Below, piece by piece: positions 37,430-45,884 of a DNA stretch of 45,884 bases. The notes under the pieces are model-generated. The model did not search any database. It was not told where the DNA came from and worked only from the letters and a program-made list of their open reading frames with translations. The stretch is from the NCBI RefSeq assembly GCF_001194135.2, contig NC_068989.1:95182718-95228601 (forward strand), given 5' to 3'. The position numbers and the translations under genes were made by a program. The stretch's first letter is position 1. The number at the start of each line of letters is the position of its first letter. The stretch comes from Octopus bimaculoides. Taxonomy: Eukaryota.

Positions 37430-37740
37430 GGCGCAGGCGTTGCTGTGTGGCAAGGCGTTTGCTTCTCTAACACATGGTTCCGGGTTCAGTTCCACTGTAT
37501 GGCATCTTGGGCAACTTCTTCTACTATAACAGAAGCCTTGTAAGTGGATTTAGTAGATGGAAACCGAATGCAGCCCGTCGCATGTGTGTGTGTGTGTATT
37601 TGTCCCCCACCACCAATTGACAACCGGTGTTGCTGTATTTACGTCCCTGGAACTGAGCGGTTCGGCATAGGAGACCGCCATATTAAGTACTAGGCTTTTA
37701 AAAAATAATTTGACAAAAAAACTCTTTAAGGCGGTGTCCC
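37430..37740 (+). mobile_element. SINE family A whose tail is replaced by a tetranucleotide array
   Basis: GGCGCAGGCGTTGCTGTGTGG...GGTTCCGGGTTCAGTTCC...TTTAAGGCGGTGTCCC, followed directly by (AGAC)n. Confidence 0.8.
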
Positions 37741-37872
37741 AGACAGACAAGCAGACAGACAGACAGACAGACAGACGGACGGACGGACGGACGGACGGAC
37801 GGGCGGACAGACAGACGGATGGACGGGCGGACAGACAGACAGACAGACAGTCAGACAGACAGACAGACAGAC

Positions 37873-37923
<51 letters not shown>

Positions 37924-37997
37924 CAGACAGANNNNNNNNNNNNNNNNNNNNNNNNNNNNNNNNNNNNNNNNNNNNNNNNNNNNNNNNNNNNNNNNNN

Positions 37998-38051
<54 letters not shown>

Positions 38052-38056
38052 CAGAC

Positions 38057-38119
<63 letters not shown>

Positions 38120-38124
38120 CAGAC

Positions 38125-38172
<48 letters not shown>

Positions 38173-38208
38173 TGATAGATAGATAGATAGATAGATTGAT
38201 AGATAGAT
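37741..38208. repeat. Compound (AGAC)/(GGAC)/(AGAT)n microsatellite spanning a gap
   Basis: Direct reading of the sequence. Confidence 0.95.
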
Positions 38209-39019
38209 ATACGACGTTTCCTCATATTCTCTCTCCAACTACAAAAAAGGTTGCCAGCGCAACATTGATGAACTTTTATCGATAGTGGAAGACACTTGCC
38301 GAATATGTCGGCACCTCAACACGTTACCATGGGGTTGTGGTGCGAAATTGTTACTATACTGTCATGCCAGCGCTCAATAAAGACTAAGCCATCATCACCA
38401 ATAGCAACATCAATTACAAGGCACAGATTCCATACTCCTGTGAGTAGACAATGATGACTGCGGTGGAGAAACTTTTTAACAGCTTGAAAACGAGAAGCGA
38501 TTGCTATGCTGTGAAGACGTTCACAGAGCCTTTTTTTGCAATACTGTGTTGCGATTATAAAACATCATTTCTTTATATATAAATAACATTAGTTGATGAA
38601 AACTTTTGGCATCATTCCCTTGCAACAGCATCTTTATTCTCTAATATAAAAAAGATTTTGTTTTAATAAAACCAACAAGAAATAAAAGAGACCATTAGGA
38701 CATTAACAACGATTATTGTCAGAAGTATGCCAATCCAAGCGAACTCTAAGACGCAGTGTTCTGTGACGCCACACACACTGCTAATAGTAAGCAAATAGAA
38801 ATAAGCATAGAAATCACAAAAATCAACGTTATTAATGTTGGGCCAAAGAAAAGGTTTTCTCCCACTAAAACGTTTCTATTATATCGAGACAATATTTATA
38901 ATATATATAACGAATGAAGCACATACATAGGAGGAATAGACGCACACTTTTAAGATACTGAAATTGAATTTTCTCATTTTGCTTTTGTTGCACAAGTTAC
39001 TCATCCGTAAATCTAAAGG

Positions 39020-39250
39020 CCTTGTGGTCAGTATGTTGGTCAGTATGTTGAACCCTTGGTTGTATGGTCGTAGGTTTAATTTCTGGACTGGACAACGTGC
39101 TGTGGCTTTGAGCGTGGCACTTCATTTCACGTTATCTCCGTCTACTCAGCTGAAAAGGGACAGCGGCACAATGCTGGTTCACTCCTTTCCCCGTACAGAG
39201 TCACAGCCTGGATGCGTCACTGGAGCAAGGGCGGGAGAACTTCCCAACGC
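39020..39250 (+). mobile_element. SINE family C (decayed)
   Basis: tRNA-like head, then GTGGCACTTCATTTCACGTTATCTCCGTCTACTCAGCTG, homologous to the minus-strand copy at 43570-43760. Confidence 0.55.
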
Positions 39251-39543
39251 TACAGATATACTTCAAATAAGAATTAACAAAGCAGTTCATACTCTTGTCA
39301 ATGGCGGATATGCACAACTTAATTGAAAGAGGTGGGACTTCCTGACAAGTAAGACCAATGCGTTTTGTAACCCTTTAAATTGCTGGTCGGAAACACAAGA
39401 AACACAGAGCAGCGCATTTCTGAACAGAAAGGATTTGGATGAAGTGTTTAATGAGAAGTGAGAGTGAATTGGTGTTGTTGTTACAGCTTTTGCTATTATT
39501 ATATGAATACATGCGTATATGTGCGTTATTATACATAGAAATC

Positions 39544-39930
39544 TGTGGAGGCGCAATGGCCCAGTGGTTAGGGCAGCGGACTCGCGGTCATAGGATCGCG
39601 GTTTCGTTTCCCAGACCGGGCGTTGTGAGTGTTTATTGAGCGAAAACACCTAAAGATCCACGAGGCTCCGGCAGGGGATGGTGGCGAACCCTGCTGTACT
39701 CTTCCACCACAACTTTCTCTCACTCTTCCTGTTTCTGTTGTGCCTGTAATTCAAAGGGTCAGCCTTGTCACACTGTGTCACGCTGAATATCCCCGAGAAC
39801 TGCGTTAAGGGTACACGTGTCTGTGGAGTGCTCAGCCACTTGCACGTTAATTTCACGAGCAGGCTGTTCCGTTGATCGGATCGACTGGAACCCTCGACGT
39901 CGTAAGCGACGGAGTGCCAACAACGACAAC
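39544..39930 (+). mobile_element. Well-preserved tRNA-derived SINE (family D) with (CAA)-type tail
   Basis: TGGCCCAGTGG (A box), GGTTTCGTTTCC (B-box-like), GC-rich body, ends CCCTCGACGTCGTAAGCGACGGAGTGCCAACAACGACAAC. Confidence 0.8.
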
Positions 39931-40062
39931 ATTTATACAANNNNNNNNNNNNNNNNNNNNNNNNNNNNNNNNNNNNNNNNNNNNNNNNNNNNNNNNNNNN
40001 NNNNNNNNNNNNNNNNNNNNNNNNNNNNNNNNNNNNNNNNNNNNNNNNNNNNNNNNNNNNNN

Positions 40063-40131
<69 letters not shown>

Positions 40132-40889
40132 AATGTTCGTATGTATGTATATTGCTGAAGTCAAGAGAATTTATAAACTTTCGAGAGAACGTGAAAGGAT
40201 TTTGGGTGGGAACAGTGGATCGCGAAACACATAAAGTTATAAACCATAGCATGTAAATATTGGGTTGAATGACCCTTTTGAACAGAAAAAGTCGAAGGCT
40301 TCCCGTGGGACTCGAAGGTCCATCTCCCGTTGACATGTCAAAGCTTTGATTTTTTCCTATCAAATTGGATTTTTCAACACAAAACGCTGTGCTCCACAAA
40401 GCTATGAATATCACGATTAATTAATTCAGTCACAAGTCGTTGAAAAAAAATTATGAAAATCTGTTAAAATGTGTAAAACCTTCCAGAGGCTCAGCTTGTA
40501 ATGTGTGTCTATATACACGTGACTCTATACAGGTGTGTGTAGACATACAAGCTTATGGTTGTGTATGTACACATCCATACTTCTGTTAAAATCTTACAGG
40601 CCACAATTAAAGCGATAACCATCCTTCCACATATGCATAAGTGTGCAGAGATATATACGGACACAAATGCATGCTTATATGCATATAAACATGCATGCAT
40701 CCATACATAGTCTATTACTCAATTTTTGTTTGCTTTGTATTATTTTGTTTTTACTGTGTTTTGTTTGTTTTTATATTTTTGGTGGCGGGGCGTGGGGCTA
40801 AACTCTACAGGGCTCCGGTTCTGAGTTACAAGGCGGCTCGTTCTCTGTGGGGAGGAAATTCGAAAAATAAAACTAAAAGAAAGCGTATA

Positions 40890-40944
<55 letters not shown>

Positions 40945-41285
40945 ATGTACTTCTTATTTTAGCTTTATTTTAATCTCGCCGGTGTCTCAGATGGTCTGTA
41001 AAAGTCTTGGACTCTGCTCCATCTTCCGGACCCATCAATGTAAACAAAAAAAAACAACGCTAATAGAAAAACACAAAACGGCAAATAGAAAGCATCGGTT
41101 ACAGTACAATGTGTGGGTTGGAGAGGGAGTAATTAAAACACAGATTATATTTTCAAATCTAGGAAGGAAAGGGGGGAAAGAAGAGAGACAGGGAGAGGGA
41201 CAGAGAGAGACACAGACACAGACAGACAGACAGACAGACAGATAGACAGTGAAATATATAAATAAGGACCGGATTGATATTACTG

Positions 41286-41495
41286 GTGAGGTTGCAGACT
41301 CGTTAGCACTACGGGCAAAGTGCTTAACGGCGTTTCGTTTGTCTTTACGTTCTGTGTTCAAATTCCGCCTAGGTTAACTTTGCGATTCATCCTTATGAGG
41401 CTTTATAAAACAATCACTAGTTGAATAATGGAGTTGGTGTTATTGATTTACTCCTTACCTGAAATTGCTGGCCTTGTGCCAGAATTTGAATCTAG
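41286..41495 (+). mobile_element. SINE family B (decayed)
   Basis: TCGTTAGCAC...TTTACGTTCTGTGTTCAAATTCCGCC...GGCCTTGTGCCAG. Confidence 0.7.
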
Positions 41496-41557
41496 TATTA
41501 CAGACCATGACCTCAACATTTTGGGAAAGAGAAAGCCTTTGTGTTCAACCTCGGTGA

Positions 41558-41595
<38 letters not shown>

Positions 41596-42260
41596 CCACT
41601 CATCTTTCACTCCCACACCTACGCAACATTTTAAAATAGGTTCCATTCTACATTTCGTTTTCATTTCATTTTTTGTTTGTCTTATATTCGTATGGAAGGC
41701 CTCCCATCACGTGACGTGACGCCCTCAAACACGCGCCCCCACACTCTAACTATCACCACTAACCCTAACCATCCTCACCACATTGTCCGAATTGCCCTGC
41801 AACTTCAGCCAACCTCAGTGACAAATATACATTGTCTACGTTATGAATAACCGACAACAATGTCGGGTTATTCAAGTACCATTTCGTATAAAATTGCATT
41901 CTTTAGAATTGTACAGGTGATACACATAGGTTAATTAACGAATACATAAGCATCAAAAGTAAATTTATTCTGAACGTAGTCCAGGAATCATTTGAGAAGC
42001 CCCAGGTTAAAGTTTCAACTTTCATCGTCGACATGATTCAAACGTTTTATGAGAAGGCACGAAATTCATTGGAGAATTCCTCTCTTTTATTAATTGTCAG
42101 AAACTCGTACACATACAGACACACACATATACACACACATACACACATAAACACACACAGTATATATACATATATATACATATATATGTATGTGTTAATG
42201 TATATGTATATTTATATGTATATATGTATGTCTATGTATATGTATATGTGTGTATATACG

Positions 42261-42317
<57 letters not shown>

Positions 42318-43317
42318 CACACATACATATATGCGTATATATATATATATATATATATATATGCTCGTACATACACGCACGCACACATACACACATATAT
42401 ACATACATACAGTTGGAACGACAGACAAACAGATAGGCAAACACATACATACACACCGACATACATATACGCATACATTCACACATACACACATACATAT
42501 ATATAAACACGGACATAAATGCACTTACATATATACATACATACAATACATACATACACATACATATATACACACACACACACACACACGTACATACATG
42601 CATAATAGATGTGAAGTGTTTCTTCAATATTGACTCATAAACTTGGCTCTTCTCTTTAATAATAATCAATCAAAAATACTTTAGTCTAGGATACCACATT
42701 TCTAAATGCATTAAATTGAATCTGAATGGAGAGAGACTGAAATAATTATTGATTTCTTCTTTACTGAATTAATATATACACACTTCAATATATATATATA
42801 TTCACTACTCATTTCTGTGTGTACACACTCACACTTTACTACGGTGTAATAACGTCTTGTGCTCTGGGGTTATTAACACCGGTCAGGTTTTAACTATCAA
42901 GAAATCTATCGGCATGTACGTGGCCGTAAATATTGATTGGGGTCAATTTTCGTACTTACCGAAACTTAAATTAAATTTCTTCAGCAATTATTAAACTCAA
43001 CGACATATAAAATATCTTTGTAGTTTGCAGAGAATTCGATGGAAATAAAAATCTGTGCGTTCCATATACTCATAAAGAGGTAGGAATTATAATTAAACAA
43101 CCTTATTTGCACTCATGATATTTTTCTTTTTGTTTTTTTTTGTTTTGTTTGTTGTTGTTTTTTTGGGTGGGGGTGTTTTTGTTTTTTCAGTAAGGTGGGT
43201 TAGTGTTTAGTGTAGAGAAAGGGGCTGTTTCCGTGACTTTTGACCTTCGCAGGGCGTTGGAGGTCGGTGAGGTCGATGTTGATGTTGATAAAGTTACTCT
43301 TTAAGAATTGCATTTCT

Positions 43318-43528
43318 ACATCATCATCATCATCGTCATCATCATCATCATCATTATCATCATCATCGTTTTCATCCTCATCATCATCATCATCATCATC
43401 ATTATCATCATCATCGTTTTCATCCTCATCATCTTCTTCATCATCAACATCATCATCTTCTTCATCATCAACATCATCATCATCATCATCAACATCATCA
43501 TCATCATCATCATCATCATCTTCATCAT
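43318..43528. repeat. Degenerate (ATC)n trinucleotide array
   Basis: Direct reading; explains the poly-Ser, poly-Ile and poly-Met ORFs in the track. Confidence 0.95.
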
Positions 43529-43569
43529 GAGTCCTAAGGATGGTTACTCAGTGTCCATCGCATATTAGT

Positions 43570-43760
43570 GACCGAGATCACAACACACCTCCCGAACATG
43601 ATGTCGGTCCTTCGTAGGGTGACTTATTTACAGCTGAGTGGACTGAGCAACGTGAAATGAAGTGTTTTCTTCAAGAACACAACGCACCATCTAATCTGGG
43701 AATCGAAACCATGATCTTACGATCGTGAGGGCATCACACCAACCACTGGACCGCAGGTGC
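43570..43760 (-). mobile_element. SINE family C
   Basis: CAGCTGAGTGGACTGAGCAACGTGAAATGAAGTGTTTTCTTCAAGAACACAACGCACC...GGGAATCGAAACC is the reverse complement of core plus B-box. Confidence 0.7.
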
Positions 43761-43829
43761 AAGAAAAACAAGAAAGACATTAGAAGGGACGGAATTCCAT
43801 AACAGCCGACGTCCTGGGAAAGAAAGGGT

Positions 43830-44220
43830 TATAATTCTTATTGTGGGACTTGGAGAAGAACACAATATGGGGCGCGATATGAAGAAAGCATGAATGGAGA
43901 GTAGTTGTGTGTATGTGGTACGGAATCAATTAGTTCCGAGGAGCAGAGGCCATTATAGTAGCGGAAGAATAAGTAGAGGGAGTAGACAACTGATTTATTC
44001 CCCTCTCTTGAGCTAACTGTATTTTGAGGATCTGTTGTGTTATTCAATAATTTTAAGTTAAATCTTGGATGGGGCTTGAACTGGTGGAGGTTGTGGCGTT
44101 ACTGGGTTGTAGCTCTTATTTTAATCACGTGTTTTAATCCAGCATTAAACAGCATGTCTGTAATGAGAGGATGATGCTGAAGTGTTGGAGGAGGGGTGAC
44201 TCAATGCCAATCAGCTTCTC
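43830..44220 (-). mobile_element. CR1/Jockey-group LINE 3' remnant
   Basis: SLYLFFRYYNGLCSSELIDSVP matches 'LSLFYRYY.G.CS.EL...P'. Confidence 0.65.
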
Positions 44221-44529
44221 TTAGATTAAACTACTGACGTAGTAATATTTGCTAAAATGCGTGAATATAAAATGGTACGTTAATGCACCATTCTACCTTC
44301 ATTCAAATTCTGAATAAAAACGACATCGGAATGCTCAAATTGCATTCGCGGTGTATTTCTGAGATCATCGTTACGTGTGTAAAGATTTCCTTCTACAGCA
44401 GCTTTGAAAATCCACTGAAGATCGCTTAATCCAAGTTCGTAGAAACTTGCAGAAGACCTTGCTGTGGAAGTAATTCATACATGTGTGTATATATATATGC
44501 ATGTTATACATTTGTACTGGAGTACAAAT

Positions 44530-44990
44530 ATATATAAACCCAATATACCCATCATGAATACTTGTCTAATAATGGTACATCAGACACATGCATCACAACC
44601 ATATGTGCGCGACATGATGATCTCATATCAAGATAACCAGAGCTTGACCTTGCAAGTGGGGCCCAGTTAGAACAAACATACTGTACAAATATACTAACAC
44701 GCACATATAAAACACATACGCAAGGAAGTTTAATGATGATGAACGAATCACCCATATTTCCAGAGATGAGTGATTCAAACTCTCCTCTCAACACATGGCT
44801 ATGATGCTCGTCAGCCACTAAAGAACATACTCAACTAGTTAAGATCAAACAACTAACAAATCTGTGGTATTAAGCAGAATATTTGCTGTAGCCCATCTTT
44901 TATACCAAGACAAAACAATGTACATGATAACATTTCCAATCAGTTAAGATCAAAAGCCATAAGAGCCACTGCCTAGTACTGCATCAGGGC

Positions 44991-44995
<5 letters not shown>
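44530..44995. mobile_element. Interspersed repeat abutting a (TAA)n array
   Basis: Ends ...GAGCCACTGCCTAGTACTGCATCAGGGCATTT(ATT)n; recalled as a common octopus dispersed repeat, not verifiable within this window. Confidence 0.4.
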
Positions 44996-45060
<65 letters not shown>

Positions 45061-45061
<1 letters not shown>

Positions 45062-45525
45062 CTTCGTAACACAGTGTAGGTAAAAATGCACCGGAGTCTT
45101 TAGTCGTCTGTCAAGTCACGACAAGGACCTCAGACAGATAATACTTTCCTTAAGATGTGCGCTGTGCCCAATAAGGCTGCTTTTTGCAAGACATCAGTCT
45201 TGCCTGGGATTTCCAGTTGCCTTAAGAAGTCTTGAAGTTTCAATGCGATTGAACCCAACACTCCGATCACCACTGGTATCACTTTTACATTACCCTCTCG
45301 CATTCCGTGCAGTCTTGCCATTTCCACTTTCAATTCGAAGTACCTGGTGATTTTTTAAACCTCTTTCCTCGCAACATTCATGTCATTTGGTATGGCTGCA
45401 TCAATGATCTGACAGTATTTGTCTCTCTTATTCAATATGACAATATCCAGCCGACGGTGTTCGACAACACGATCCGTCTGGAAATCATAGTCCCAGAGTA
45501 TCGTTACTTTTCCATCCTCCTGCAC
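45061..45525 (-). mobile_element. R4/Dong-like non-LTR element 3' end (restriction-like endonuclease domain) ending in (AAT)n at ~44994-45060
   Basis: KVTILWDYDFQTDRVVEHRRLDIVILNKRDKYCQIIDAAIPNDMNVARK, frameshift, KITRYFELKVEMARL...VIPVVIGVLGSI...LQKAALLGTAHILRKVLSV*; PD-(D/E)xK-type motif characteristic of the R4 clade. Confidence 0.88.
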
Positions 45526-45540
45526 ATATATATATATATA

Positions 45541-45884
45541 CATCTGGTGTATAAGAGAATTTGACACAGCTGCCCTAAACTGCGTCTCATTACGAGCCAT
45601 TGGTTCGTCTGGTATCGTGGAGAGGAAAGCGTCAAGTTTTGTCTTGAAGATCTCCGCATCCATGTCTTGCATATCTCTCAAATGTTTTGGTAGGGCAATG
45701 AAGAGCTGAGGTCCTCTGAAACCGAGGCTGCTGCAGTATCTCGTTCTTATGTGAGATGCAGTGGATGGTACCTTTGGCACCATGCAGTGGCGACCCGTGC
45801 GGGCATTCCTGTAGTACTTGATACCAAAGTTTGGCACCAGTCCTTCCAATATTTTCCATATGTATATTATTACATATCTCTCCC
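45541..45884 (-). mobile_element. CR1/L2-group LINE 3' coding end; continues beyond the window
   Basis: ERYVIIYIWKILEGLVPNFGIK...GFRGPQLFIALPKHLRD...FKTKLDAFLSTIPDEP...AAVSNSLIHQM. Confidence 0.85.

Noticed and set aside
39547-39615. tRNA-like sequence
   Set aside because: Continues into a SINE body and tail and lacks a proper cloverleaf; it is a SINE head, as are the other tRNA-like segments.
42033-43568. YI/HT/CV-repeat and poly-Ser/Ile/Met ORFs
   Set aside because: Translations of (TA)n, (CA)n and (ATC)n arrays with no coding complexity.

Overview
Eukaryotic, AT-rich, repeat-dense DNA with 10 assembly gaps (N runs), most of them abutting microsatellites. The SINE families, microsatellite load and transposon mix look like an Octopus (cephalopod) genome; this is inferred from recalled repeat consensuses, not from a search. 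I can support no intact protein-coding gene. Every recognisable protein-like segment is a decayed transposon: Tc1, two maT-type (37-residue spacing) elements, mariner, hAT, RTE, CR1-like and R4/Dong-like LINEs. Most ORFs in the supplied track are microsatellite or N-run artefacts. The more unusual items are: a degenerate 28S rRNA fragment (~17.1-17.5 kb); a ~310-bp near-perfect palindrome (2.6-2.9 kb); three structurally well-defined MITEs (hAT-type with 8-bp TSD, a long-TIR family in two copies, and a TGT...ACA/TTAA Ginger-like one); a C2H2 zinc-finger module present twice with the same 5' boundary, once fused head-to-head to an RTE RT fragment; and two splice-signal-bounded candidate exons (+ strand, 18-20 kb) hinting that the window is intronic. 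I found no convincing novel multi-gene system. All alignments were done by eye and boundaries of old repeats are approximate.
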